Assembly (NCBI GenBank): GCA_963806225.1
Contig: CAWDXG010000001.1
Span: forward strand, 704,001-768,000
Length of the DNA stretch: 64,000 nt
Reading direction: 5' to 3'
Source of the DNA: an uncultured delta proteobacterium
GTDB lineage: Bacteria; Myxococcota_A; Polyangia; Polyangiales; Polyangiaceae
The notes under the pieces are model-generated. The model made no database searches and was not told the origin of the DNA. It saw only the letters and a program-made list of their open reading frames with translations. Positions 50,370-59,884 of this stretch are shown piece by piece (position 1 is the first letter of the stretch; every line of letters starts with the position of its first letter). The translations under genes and the position numbers were made by a program.

Positions 50370-51233
50370 ATGGACGAGGCGCTTCGTACTGCCGTCGCCG
50401 GGGCGCTGGGTGCAGATGTGACGCGCACCTCGCGTCTCGGCGGCGGCGACATCAACGAGGCGTTCTCGGTGGAGCTGTCCGACGGGCGCCGCGTTTTCAT
50501 CAAGACCAACGCCACCGCGGACCGGGCCATGTTCCCCGCGGAAGCGCGCGGACTCCGCTGGCTCGCCGAAGCGCGCGCGCTGCGCATCCCCGAAGTGCTG
50601 GCCGTGTCCGGTGGCGATCACCCCGCGTTCCTCGCGCTCGAGTACCTGGACAGCGCGCGACCCCGCAAGGGCTTCGACGAGGAGCTCGGTCGCGCCCTCG
50701 CCGCGCTGCACCGCTTCGGCGCGCCCGGCTTCGGCCTGGACCACGACAACTTCATCGGGCGCCTGCCGCAGGACAACACGCCCGCCGACAGCTGGCCGGA
50801 CTTCTACGCCCGGGCGCGCCTCGGCGCCCAGCTCCAACTCGCGCAGGAAAACGGCCTCGCCGACCCCGCGCTCGCCCGCCGCTTCGACCAGCTCTTCGCG
50901 CGCCTCGACGATCTCGCCGGCCCAGCCGAGCCGCCCGCGCGCCTGCACGGCGATCTGTGGGGCGGAAACCTGCACATCGACGACCAGGGCGCGCCGTGCC
51001 TCATCGACCCCGCCGTCTACGGCGGCCACCGCGAGATGGACCTTGCCATGATGAAGCTCTTCGGCGGCTTCGGTGATCGTGTGTTCGCCGCCTATGAAGA
51101 GGCCTACCCGCTCGCTCCCGGCCACGCCGACCGCGTCCCGCTCTACCAGCTCTATCCCCTCATGGTGCACGTCAACCTGTTCGGCCGTGGCTACCTCGGC
51201 TCCGTCGAACGCGCGCTGTCGCGGTACGTGTAG
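50370..51233 (+). CDS. Fructosamine/ketosamine-3-kinase family protein
   Basis: GGDIN, F.AEA.GL, LHGDLWGGN, IDPAVYGGHREMDLAM. Confidence 0.92.
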   Translation: MDEALRTAVAGALGADVTRTSRLGGGDINEAFSVELSDGRRVFIKTNATADRAMFPAEARGLRWLAEARALRIPEVLAVSGGDHPAFLALEYLDSARPRKGFDEELGRALAALHRFGAPGFGLDHDNFIGRLPQDNTPADSWPDFYARARLGAQLQLAQENGLADPALARRFDQLFARLDDLAGPAEPPARLHGDLWGGNLHIDDQGAPCLIDPAVYGGHREMDLAMMKLFGGFGDRVFAAYEEAYPLAPGHADRVPLYQLYPLMVHVNLFGRGYLGSVERALSRYV

Positions 51234-51403
51234 CTCCGGAGCGCTTCGCGCGCGCCCTGCCTGAATCGGGGTCAGAGACAACCCTGCTAGAGCGCGGGAT
51301 CGAGCTGCTCTCGCCCGGGATCGGGCATGGTCGCCGGGCGTGGATGCGTGTACGGTGTTATCGACGGAGTCGGATCCGTCTCTTCGACGTTCGAGGACGA
51401 AAA

Positions 51404-53899
51404 ATGCGCTTTTCGCACTGGATTCTGATCGGCTTGCTGGGTGCCGTACCTGCCATGGTCGGCGCCTGCGGCTCGAATGGCGGCGGTACCGCCAGCAACC
51501 TCCACGGCGGCAGCGGCGGCACGGCCGGGAGCAGCACCGGCGGCAGCGGCGGCGGCTCCGCCGCGGACGCGGGGATGAGCTTCGATTCCGGGGGCAGCGG
51601 CGCCCAGTGCAGTACGAGCCAGCCTTGCGACGCCGGCGTCTGCGTCTCCGGCAAGTGCTGCCCCACGGTCGAGCGAGCCTGCGGCGACCAGTGCTGCGAC
51701 AGCGGCCAGGTGTGCCTTTTCAACCAGTGCGTCGTGCCGGGCAAGGCCTGCCAGAGCGCGGCCGACTGCGGCTCGGGTGAGTACTGCGAGACTGCCCTGG
51801 GCAACCAGGGCGACGCCGGGGCGGCCGATGCCGGCGGCAGCACCGACGGCGGGCCCGCGTGTACCCAGCCGGTCGCTGCGAACGGACGCTGTGTGCCCCT
51901 GCCGCCCAAGTGCGTCGGGGACGCCGGCGCACCGGACGGAGGCACCTGCATCGAGGACTGCCAGTACCACCCGCCCGTGGGCAAGCTGACTGCGGTGAAG
52001 AAGTGGCAGTGGGGGCTCGACAATCCGCCGGTCGCCAACCCGAACGCGGCGGACGTGTGGTCCACGCCGACGGTGGCGCGCGTGTACGATGCGAACTGCG
52101 ACGGCAAGGTCGACGAGAACGACCCGCCGGACATCATCTTCGTCTCCGGTAACGTCAACTCGAGCCAGTGCAACGGCAAGGTGAACCGCCAGCCCGATGG
52201 CACCTCGGCGTGCCAGCGCGGCAGGCTGCGCATGCTCGACGGCCGCACCGGCAAGGAGATCTGGACGCTAGCCAAGCCCTCGGCGGGCAGCCTGGGCTTC
52301 GCCGGGTCGTCGGTGGCGCTCGGCGATGTCGACGGGGACGGCCGCATCGACATCGTGGCCATGACCGGCGAGGGCAAGGTCGCGATGGTGAGCGCCGACG
52401 GCAAGGTCGAGCGCATCAGCGACAAGCCCCAGGATCAGGCGCCCACCGGCACCTACGGCTGGGGCGGAGGCGTGGCGCTCGGCGACATGGACGGCGACGG
52501 CCATCCCGAGATCGCCTTCGGGCGCTGTCTTTTCGACACGAAGAACAACGCCATCACGCTCAAGTGGTGCGGTACCGCCGGCAATGGCGGCGGCAACAGC
52601 CATCAGCTGTCGTTCTTTGCGGATCTCGACGGCAACGGGCAGCAGGACCTGGTCGCCGGCAATACCGCCTACAAGTACGACGGCAGCATGCTGTGGAACA
52701 AGACGGCGATTCCGAACGGCTTCAACGCGGTCGCGGACTTCAACGGCGATGGCAAGCCGGATGTCGTCGTCGTCCACGGCGGGCAGGTCTGGATCCTCCA
52801 GGGCGCCACCGGAAACACCGAGCTCGGCCCGGCAACGCTGCCCGGCACCGGCAGCGGTGGCCCGCCGACCGTGGCGGATTTCGACGGCGACAAGAAACCG
52901 GAGGTCGGCGTCGCCCAGCAGAACCTCTATTCGATGCTCAAGCCCGACTATGCCAAAAAGAAGCTGAACGTCGTGTGGTCGACGCCGAACCACGATCTTT
53001 CGTCGTCGGTGACGGGCTCGAGCGTGTTCGACTTCCAGGGCGACGGCCAGGCCGAGGTCATCTACAACGACGAGTGCTTCCTGTGGGTGTTCGACGGCAA
53101 GACCGGGCACGTGGTGCTCAGCGAACCCACCACGTCGTTCACGGGCACCGAGGCGTCGGTGGTCGCCGACGTGGATGGCGACGGCCACGCCGAGATCGTC
53201 ATGATTTCGAACGGCGCCGACCCGAGCTCGAACGGCTGGAAATGCGATGTCGCGCCGTGGAACAAGGTGAGCAACGATCCGGACTACCCGCACATCGCCT
53301 GGAAGCCGCCGTCTTCGACCGAGCCCGCCTACCGCGGCATCACCGTGTGGGGCGACAAGGAAAACTCCTGGGTCGGAACGCGCACGATCTGGAACGAGCA
53401 CGCCTATCACGTGACGAATATCTGCGATTCGCGCGACAGCGCCTGCGATCCGCCGAATGTGTACGGGTCGATCCCCACCCACGAGAAGGACAACTGGAAG
53501 CAGTCCTGGCTGAACAACTTCCGCCAGAACGTGCAGGACAAGGGTGTGTTCGATGCGCCCGACGCCACCGTCTCGCTCGCGGTGGAGTGCACCGATCCGG
53601 TCGTGCTCCACGTGTCGGTGCGCAACATCGGGCTGGCAGGGCTCCCCTCGGGGATCAAGGTCGGCATCTATGTGGTCAAGAGCGGCGTGGAGACGCAGAT
53701 CGGCACGGTGGTCACGACGCAGCCGCTCTTGCCGGGGCAGACGCAGGTGCTCGATTTCACGGCGCCGGCCAGCGCGACCACCGCCGACACGTTCATCGCG
53801 CGCATCATCATCGACCCGAACAACAAGACGTTCAACGAGTGCCGCGCCGACAACAACGCCAGCAAGGACGTGAAGGCCAGCGGCTGCGGACCGACTTGA
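51404..53899 (+). CDS. FG-GAP/VCBS-repeat lipoprotein with Cys-rich N-terminus and CARDB-like C-terminus
   Basis: VGAC lipobox; multiple D.DGDG..D/E motifs; VRNIG..EC..DNN. Confidence 0.85.
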   Translation: MRFSHWILIGLLGAVPAMVGACGSNGGGTASNLHGGSGGTAGSSTGGSGGGSAADAGMSFDSGGSGAQCSTSQPCDAGVCVSGKCCPTVERACGDQCCDSGQVCLFNQCVVPGKACQSAADCGSGEYCETALGNQGDAGAADAGGSTDGGPACTQPVAANGRCVPLPPKCVGDAGAPDGGTCIEDCQYHPPVGKLTAVKKWQWGLDNPPVANPNAADVWSTPTVARVYDANCDGKVDENDPPDIIFVSGNVNSSQCNGKVNRQPDGTSACQRGRLRMLDGRTGKEIWTLAKPSAGSLGFAGSSVALGDVDGDGRIDIVAMTGEGKVAMVSADGKVERISDKPQDQAPTGTYGWGGGVALGDMDGDGHPEIAFGRCLFDTKNNAITLKWCGTAGNGGGNSHQLSFFADLDGNGQQDLVAGNTAYKYDGSMLWNKTAIPNGFNAVADFNGDGKPDVVVVHGGQVWILQGATGNTELGPATLPGTGSGGPPTVADFDGDKKPEVGVAQQNLYSMLKPDYAKKKLNVVWSTPNHDLSSSVTGSSVFDFQGDGQAEVIYNDECFLWVFDGKTGHVVLSEPTTSFTGTEASVVADVDGDGHAEIVMISNGADPSSNGWKCDVAPWNKVSNDPDYPHIAWKPPSSTEPAYRGITVWGDKENSWVGTRTIWNEHAYHVTNICDSRDSACDPPNVYGSIPTHEKDNWKQSWLNNFRQNVQDKGVFDAPDATVSLAVECTDPVVLHVSVRNIGLAGLPSGIKVGIYVVKSGVETQIGTVVTTQPLLPGQTQVLDFTAPASATTADTFIARIIIDPNNKTFNECRADNNASKDVKASGCGPT

Positions 53900-53978
53900 C
53901 GCCGAAAGCCGACGCCGGGCGCCGCACTCCAGTTGCCGGGTGGTCGGCGGCTGGCGCTCGCGCTATAGCCCGCGTGCC

Positions 53979-54563
53979 ATGACAACCTACGCTCGCAGCC
54001 TGTCGATCGCCGAGGGAACGGCGCTGCCGGAAGCGCTGGAGCAGGCGTCGGGAGGACCGGGGTGGGTCCAGGCGACGGGTGTGGTGGACGATCCAGAAGT
54101 GTGTCTGGCGGGGGAGCCCGGTGTCCGGACGCACAAGGGACGCTTCACGCTCGTGTCGCTGGTGGGGCAGGTGGGAGGTCCCTACGGCGCGATGCTGGTG
54201 CGCGCGGGGGCTGGGGGCAGTGAAGTGTGCGCGGGGCATCTCGTGCGCGCGCGGGTGGTCGACGTTTCCGCGGCGGCGTTGCCGTTCCAGCCCGGCACGA
54301 GCTGGGCGTCGATCGCCGTGGCGACGGCGGAAGCTGCCGCCGAGCCGGAGCCTGACGAACCGGAGCTGCCCGATGTCGGGGATCGCGTCGAGCACTTCGC
54401 GTTTGGACTGTGCAACGTCGTAGGCTCGGACGGCGAACGGCTGCGCATTCGCAGTCTGGGCGGCCACGGCCGCGTGCGGGAGATCTCGCTGTCCATGCTC
54501 GAGGTGGGCCGCCCGGTGGCCAGCGGCGGGCGGCGTGTGTTCAAGCTGCTCAAGCGCGGCTAG
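53979..54563 (+). CDS. PPC/DUF296-like domain + C-terminal Tudor/SH3-like domain
   Basis: GWVQATG, LVSLVG, GHL..ARV; GDRVEHFAFG.C.V. Confidence 0.55.
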   Translation: MTTYARSLSIAEGTALPEALEQASGGPGWVQATGVVDDPEVCLAGEPGVRTHKGRFTLVSLVGQVGGPYGAMLVRAGAGGSEVCAGHLVRARVVDVSAAALPFQPGTSWASIAVATAEAAAEPEPDEPELPDVGDRVEHFAFGLCNVVGSDGERLRIRSLGGHGRVREISLSMLEVGRPVASGGRRVFKLLKRG

Positions 54564-55468
54564 CGCCCCGCGATGCACAGCGTGACGATCCACGCGGCGA
54601 GCGCCGTGGTGATCGCCGTTTCGTTGATGATCACGAAGCGCCGGCACGCCGCGTGGTCTTCGGCGTCGGCACTGCGCACGCCGCGTAGATTCAGTGCCAG
54701 CACGGCCAGGGGCAGCGCTATCACGATTGCCCAGAGCAGCGGCTTTGCGGCGGGCAGCACCAGCGGCGTGCAGGCCGCCGCTAGAGCGATGGCCACGAGG
54801 CTGCCGACACGGCCCGCCCGCTGGCCGTAGCGCACGGGGAAGCTGCGTTTTCCGCCGGCGACGTCGGATGGGTAGTCCGGCAGGGCAAGCGTGATGGCGC
54901 CAGCGTAGCCGAGCACGAAGGACGGTACGAACGCGATCCACGGTGCCGTCTCGATATCCCGCGTCTGCAGATAGTAGCCGAACAGCGGCAGCACCAGGCC
55001 CGCCCCCAGGCCGCGGAGGATCTCTCCGTGCCCGCGGTACGACAGGCGGAAGGGCGAGAAGCTGTACGCCCACATCAACATGACGGCAAACGAGACCAGG
55101 ACGAGCGACAAGGGCCTGTGCAGCCTGAGGCTGAGCAGCGCTCCGAGCAAGCCCATCGCCAGCGCCATGACCAGCGTCGCCTGCGCCAGCTGCATTGGCG
55201 TGAGCTTCCGCTCCGCGATGACGCGAGAACCGCCGGAAAACTCGTTGAACGTGGTGTTGGCGGCGTCGGTACGGTAGTCGGCTACGTCGTTCGCGAAGAC
55301 GAAGAACAGCTGATCGAGTACGCCGAACACGTGTGCCGCCAGGAGCAGCAGCAGCGAGATGTGGCGGGTCACGGCGTAGGCCAGCGCTTCGCCGTACAGG
55401 AGCGGCACGGCGATGTTCAGTTGCAAGAGAGGCCGAGCCGCCTGCCACCATGATCGAGCCTTCGACAT
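54560..55468 (-). CDS. UbiA-family prenyltransferase, MenA-like
   Basis: WQAARP, NDVAD..TD, SGGSR, YS..PFRL.YRG.GE, PD..SD..GGKRS. Confidence 0.82.
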   Translation of the reverse strand: MSKARSWWQAARPLLQLNIAVPLLYGEALAYAVTRHISLLLLLAAHVFGVLDQLFFVFANDVADYRTDAANTTFNEFSGGSRVIAERKLTPMQLAQATLVMALAMGLLGALLSLRLHRPLSLVLVSFAVMLMWAYSFSPFRLSYRGHGEILRGLGAGLVLPLFGYYLQTRDIETAPWIAFVPSFVLGYAGAITLALPDYPSDVAGGKRSFPVRYGQRAGRVGSLVAIALAAACTPLVLPAAKPLLWAIVIALPLAVLALNLRGVRSADAEDHAACRRFVIINETAITTALAAWIVTLCIAGR

Positions 55469-55743
55469 CAAGTGCGCGAGCCTTGCTTGAGCCCCTGCTT
55501 TTCGCAAGGCCGCGTGGCCGGCGGCGGCTTGTGGCCGCCCGCCCCGCGGCGCCCTGGGGCTGGGCATCGAAGCTCGGCGGTTGCCTCGGTGCGTCCGCTC
55601 ATCTAGCATCCACAAACGCCAGCGGACGCGACCCGGAGCCAGGATCCACCGGCTCCAGCGCGGCGAGCGCGAGCGGCGAAACCCCGGTGCTCCGGCCTAT
55701 CCGGCGTGCTGGCTTCCACGATATCCCTCTCGTTGTTGGAAAA

Positions 55744-56709
55744 ATGGCGAACGTCAGAGACTTCATCCTCCACCACTATCGTCACTTCAATGCAGCCGCT
55801 GTGATCGACGCCGCCAAGGCGTGGGAAGAGCACCTCGCCAAGGGCGGCAAGATGTTCCTCACCATGGGCGGGGCGATGAGCACCGGTGAGCTCGGTCTGG
55901 TGGTCGCCGAGCTGATCCGTCGCGACAAGGTCCACGGCATGTGCGTCACCGGCGCAAACATTGAAGAGGACGTGTTCAACCTGGTCGCACACAAGAGCTA
56001 CCGCCGCGTCCCCAACTTCCGCGAGCTCACGCCGCACGACGAGAAAGCCCTTCTCGACAAGGGCCTCAATCGCGTGACCGACACCTGCATCCCCGAAGAG
56101 GAGGCGATGCGCAAGATCGAGCGGCACATGCTCGATCTGTGGAAGTCCGCTGACGCCAAGGGCGAGCGGTACATGCCCTACGAGTACTTCTACCAGCTAC
56201 TCAAGAGCGATCGGCTCGAGGGTGAATACGAGATCGATCCCAAGGACTCATGGCTGCTTGCCGCGGCCAAGAAGAACCTCGCTGTCTTCGTGCCGGGCTG
56301 GGAGGATTCAACGCTCGGCAACATGCTGGCGGCGGCCGTCTACCGGAAGAACTGCTCGGCCGGGGTGATGAAGAGCGGCGTCGAGCAGATGGTGGAGCTC
56401 ATCGACTGGTACAAGAAGATGGACGCCGAGGGGCCGGTCGGGTTCTTCCAGGTAGGAGGCGGAATCTCGGGCGATTTCCCGATCTGCGTCGTGCCGCTGA
56501 TCGACCAGGACCTGAAGCAGGAATGCCGCACCTGGGGGTACTTCTGCCAGATCTCGGAAGCCAAGACGTCCTATGGCTCGTACAGCGGCGCGCCGCCGAA
56601 CGAGAAGATCACCTGGGGCAAGATCGACGTTGACACACCGCGCTTCGTGATCGAGTCCGATGCGACGATCGTCTTCCCGCTGATCGCTGCGTACCTGCTC
56701 GACATGTAG
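55744..56709 (+). CDS. Deoxyhypusine-synthase-like protein (probable homospermidine synthase)
   Basis: GAMST.E, TGANIEED, NRVTD, PGWEDST, GSYSGA.PNEKITWGK, SDAT. Confidence 0.88.
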   Translation: MANVRDFILHHYRHFNAAAVIDAAKAWEEHLAKGGKMFLTMGGAMSTGELGLVVAELIRRDKVHGMCVTGANIEEDVFNLVAHKSYRRVPNFRELTPHDEKALLDKGLNRVTDTCIPEEEAMRKIERHMLDLWKSADAKGERYMPYEYFYQLLKSDRLEGEYEIDPKDSWLLAAAKKNLAVFVPGWEDSTLGNMLAAAVYRKNCSAGVMKSGVEQMVELIDWYKKMDAEGPVGFFQVGGGISGDFPICVVPLIDQDLKQECRTWGYFCQISEAKTSYGSYSGAPPNEKITWGKIDVDTPRFVIESDATIVFPLIAAYLLDM

Positions 56710-56713
56710 CTCG

Positions 56714-56748
56714 CCGCCCTCCGGCTCTACCCCTGAGCACGAGGGCGG
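56714..56748. terminator. GC hairpin between convergent genes
   Basis: ccgccctc...gagggcgg inverted repeat; no U-tract. Confidence 0.35.
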
Positions 56749-56756
56749 AACCCGGA

Positions 56757-57146
56757 TCAATGCAGCATGCTGGGCTCGCTCAGCGCGAAGGCGGCGATCT
56801 CCGCTAGAAAGGTTTCACCGCCCTCGGTGACCATCTCGTAGGTGCCGTGCATGGAGCCGAAGGGCGTCTTGAGCGGGCAACCGGACGTGTACTCGAAGCT
56901 CTCTCCAGGCCTGAGCACTGGCTGGCGCCCCACGACGCCGGGTCCACGCACTTCCTCGACGTCGCCCGTGGCATTGGTAATGGTCCAGTGCCGGTTCATG
57001 AGCTGCACGGTGGTCTTGCCCTCGTTGGTGATGAGGACCGTGTACAGGAAGAACCACTCCTGACGTGCGGGCTCGGAATGATCCGCGGAATAGCGCGACT
57101 CGACGCGAACGCGGATATCGCGGGTAAGGGCTTCCGAACTGGACAA
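56757..57146 (-). CDS. apaG: ApaG protein
   Basis: YTV.ITNEG..VQL..RHW.IT, V.GPGVVG.QP, FEYTSGCPL.TP.GSM.G. Confidence 0.93.
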   Translation of the reverse strand: MSSSEALTRDIRVRVESRYSADHSEPARQEWFFLYTVLITNEGKTTVQLMNRHWTITNATGDVEEVRGPGVVGRQPVLRPGESFEYTSGCPLKTPFGSMHGTYEMVTEGGETFLAEIAAFALSEPSMLH

Positions 57147-57313
57147 TGAGTCTCCTGACCTTGCGAAGCAGCGATGGTTCCGATCCCAGGAATACGCGTG
57201 CGGCTCGACTCGGAATCTATACGGACAAAAGGTAGGTATGTGTAGGACAAACTGCCGTTGTGGACCGATCCCTCGACCGCGGGAGCTTCCCGAACAATTC
57301 CCGGCTCTTGTGA

Positions 57314-58435
57314 CTACAGTCGTGGTGGATTCCGGCGAGCATGATCGTCGAACGCTTCACCCAACAGCCCGCTCCGCCACCCCTCGAGCGCTTCAGCGCC
57401 TGCCTCGGCCCGGCCGCTTTCCTGGATCGACGACCGAACACGCCTGAGCACCCGACCCGGGAACGCCAGTTCGGGCGCAACCGACAGCGCCTCGCACAGC
57501 TCGGCGCGCATGCCCGAAAGCCAGGCGTCGAGGCGGATCTCGTCGAAGCTCGCGTACGGGGGCGGATCGATCGGGACGAAGTCCGCGGCGTCCGCTTCCG
57601 CGGTTGCGCGCATCATGCCCCCCGTGAGCCGGTCGCCGTGCACGTTGGCGAAGCGGCGCGGCACGCCCTTCATGCGCGAGAGCTCCTCGGCACTTTCGGG
57701 AAGCCGGCCCGCGATGGCCAGCAGAGCCTTGGGCTCGGGTGCGGCGGACCGATCGGATTCATCGAGCGCGTCGTACCATTCGATCAGGTAGCGGAGCGCC
57801 GCCTGGCTGTGGCGATCGAGCTGCCAGGCGTTGCGGAAGCTGGCCAGCGTCAGCTTCGGTCGCGGCTCCGGGGTGCTCTGCACCGACTCGAGCGACGCGT
57901 CGAACACCACGTGTCCCCGGCCATGCTCCTCGAGGCGCTCGCCAAGGATCCGCCTCAGCTCCGGCAGATGTTCGATATCCCGGGCCGCGTAGCCGAGCTG
58001 CGCGGGCGGAAGCGGACGCCGTTTCCAGTCGTCTGACTGGTGGGACTTGCTGGTGCGGAGCCCCAGCAAGCGGAACTGCAGATAGGCGAGCGACACCGAG
58101 AACTCCGGACCCAGAAGCGCCCACGCGATCTGCGTGTCGAACACGCGGGGCGTGTCGCGGAGTGGCAGCCGCTCGAGCAGGAGCTCAACGTCCTGCTGCC
58201 CAGCGTGCACGACCCATTCGGTACTGCTGCTGGACAGCACTCGTGCGAGCGGGCCTAGGTCCCGTAGCTTCAGCGCGTCGATCAGGAACAGCTCGTCCCC
58301 ACGCGAGATCTGCAGCAGGCACAGGAGCTTGCCCTGGCGCGAGGACTCGAACTCGGTGTCGATGTAGAGACGCGGCGCGCCCTCGAGGGATCGGACGGCG
58401 TCTTCGAGGCCGGAGCGCTGGTCGACGAAATGCAT
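57314..58435 (-). CDS. rnd: Ribonuclease D (DEDD exonuclease + HRDC)
   Basis: IDTEF, HAGQQD, FDTQIA, DW.RRPL...QL.YAA.D, GWR. Confidence 0.85.
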   Translation of the reverse strand: MHFVDQRSGLEDAVRSLEGAPRLYIDTEFESSRQGKLLCLLQISRGDELFLIDALKLRDLGPLARVLSSSSTEWVVHAGQQDVELLLERLPLRDTPRVFDTQIAWALLGPEFSVSLAYLQFRLLGLRTSKSHQSDDWKRRPLPPAQLGYAARDIEHLPELRRILGERLEEHGRGHVVFDASLESVQSTPEPRPKLTLASFRNAWQLDRHSQAALRYLIEWYDALDESDRSAAPEPKALLAIAGRLPESAEELSRMKGVPRRFANVHGDRLTGGMMRATAEADAADFVPIDPPPYASFDEIRLDAWLSGMRAELCEALSVAPELAFPGRVLRRVRSSIQESGRAEAGAEALEGWRSGLLGEAFDDHARRNPPRL

Positions 58436-58510
58436 GAGGTTCGTCGTGGTAGCAGAAATCCGCGCGCCGATCCTTGACTCCCGGGTGGGATCGGGACACG
58501 CGGAGAGGCC

Positions 58511-59167
58511 GTGGCGGCGAGCTACTTCGATGTCGACGGAACGCTGGTGAGCACGAATCTCGTGCACCCCACGCTGTTCTACCTCAGAAACCAGGCGACT
58601 CCGGTGCAGACGCTCGGTCGGCTCGGGCGCAGTCTGATGCGCGCACCGTCGATGGCGGTCGCCGAGTTCTTCGACCGACGTACGTTCAACGAGCTTCTCT
58701 ATTCGACGTACGCGGGGATGAGCGAGGACCGTCTGCTGGTGCTGGCCGACGAGGTCTTCGACACGGTTATCAAGCCGGCCATCTACCCCGAAGCGCGCAA
58801 TCTGGTGCGACGGAACCTCGACCACGGGTCGGACGTGGTGCTCGTCTCCGGCGCGCTGGACTTCATCGTGCAGCGCCTCGCGGACCACCTCGGCGCGACC
58901 AGCATCATCGCCAACCGGCTCGAGCTGAAGGAGGGCGTGGCGACCGGCAAGCTGCAGCGGCCGGTTGTCGCTGGCCCCGAGAAGGCCCGCCTGATCCGCG
59001 AGCACGCGCGTGCGCACGGTCACGATCTGGACGAGTGCTTCGCGTTCAGTGACAGCTACTCGGATGTCCCGATGCTGAGCGTGGTGGGGCACCCGGCCGT
59101 CGTGAATCCGGACCGCCGCCTGGCCCTGCTCGCGCGGGCGTATAGCTGGCCGCTGTTCGAGCTCTGA
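58511..59167 (+). CDS. HAD-IB family hydrolase (phosphatase)
   Basis: FDVDGTL, VSG, GPEK, SDSYSDVPML..VG.P.VVNPD. Confidence 0.9.
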   Translation: MAASYFDVDGTLVSTNLVHPTLFYLRNQATPVQTLGRLGRSLMRAPSMAVAEFFDRRTFNELLYSTYAGMSEDRLLVLADEVFDTVIKPAIYPEARNLVRRNLDHGSDVVLVSGALDFIVQRLADHLGATSIIANRLELKEGVATGKLQRPVVAGPEKARLIREHARAHGHDLDECFAFSDSYSDVPMLSVVGHPAVVNPDRRLALLARAYSWPLFEL

Positions 59168-59180
59168 GGGTGCCTCCCCT

Positions 59181-59259
59181 CGCGGGCTCTTCGAGCCCGC
59201 GGTCCCCTCCAAGGCCGGACGCGACGCGCTCCGCGCGCCGCGCGCGGCCGGAGGGGACC
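59181..59259. repeat. Two adjacent GC-rich inverted repeats (REP-like)
   Basis: cgcgggctc-ttc-gagcccgcg (59181-59201); ggtcccctcc (59201-59210) pairs with ggaggggacc (59250-59259). Confidence 0.8.
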
Positions 59260-59295
59260 TGCGCGACATTGTGCGGTGCGAGTACAGCGCTGGCT

Positions 59296-59361
59296 CCTCC
59301 TCGCCCGCCGGAATGGCGGGGCTTCTGGGGTGAAGCCCCGCCATTCCGGCGGGCAAGGAGG
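59296..59361. repeat. 30-bp-stem palindrome (1 mismatch, 6-nt loop)
   Basis: cctcctcgcccgccggaatggcggggcttc-tggggt-gaagccccgccattccggcgggcaaggagg. Confidence 0.95.
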
Positions 59362-59369
59362 TCACCAGC

Positions 59370-59730
59370 ATGCGTCGCTCTTGTTCCACTCATCGCTCAC
59401 AGCAGCTCGCCGCATACGCTGTGCGTATGCGGCATGCGCCTACGCGGTCGGGGGCGGCTTTGTGGCGGGCGCTTTCGGGGCGGCGGGTTTGTGGCGTGCA
59501 GTTCCGGCGGCAGTATGTGCTGGGCAGGCGGTGGATTGCGGATTTCGCCGCGCCCGCCGCGCGGCTCGTTATCGAGGTCGACGGTAGTGCGCACTGCGGG
59601 CGCGAGCCACGACGCACAGCGGGACCGCGCGCTCGCGGCACTGGGGCATCGCGTGCTGCGGCTGGATGCGGAGCTGGTGATGAATGATCTGGCTGCGGCG
59701 GTGGCGCTCGTGCGGGGTCAGGCGCAAGCG
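59370..59730 (+). pseudogene. DUF559 (Vsr-like PD-(D/E)XK) endonuclease, frameshifted at ~59600
   Basis: MRHAPT.S..ALWRAL, FRRQ, IADF..PAARLVIEVDG..H; after the shift D..RDRAL..LG.RVLR. End approximate. Confidence 0.75.
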
Positions 59731-59884
59731 CTCTTCTCGATCGCAACCCGCGGCCCGCAGCGCTCCGCGCCCGGGAAAGGGGAAGAAGAAGCCGGAGAAG
59801 ACACTACCGCGTCCGGCCTGTCCCTTCCACTCCGCTGCCGGGACCGCTTGACGCCGCGCGCGTGCGCTGCGACCGATTCGGGCG

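Noticed and set aside
59296..59361. Rho-independent terminator or IS terminal inverted repeats
   Set aside because: No U-tract, the stem is unusually long and overlaps an RBS; the arms are adjacent rather than flanking a transposase
57314..59389. 691-aa extended RNase D
   Set aside because: The extension is antisense to the HAD gene; homology begins at ATG 58435
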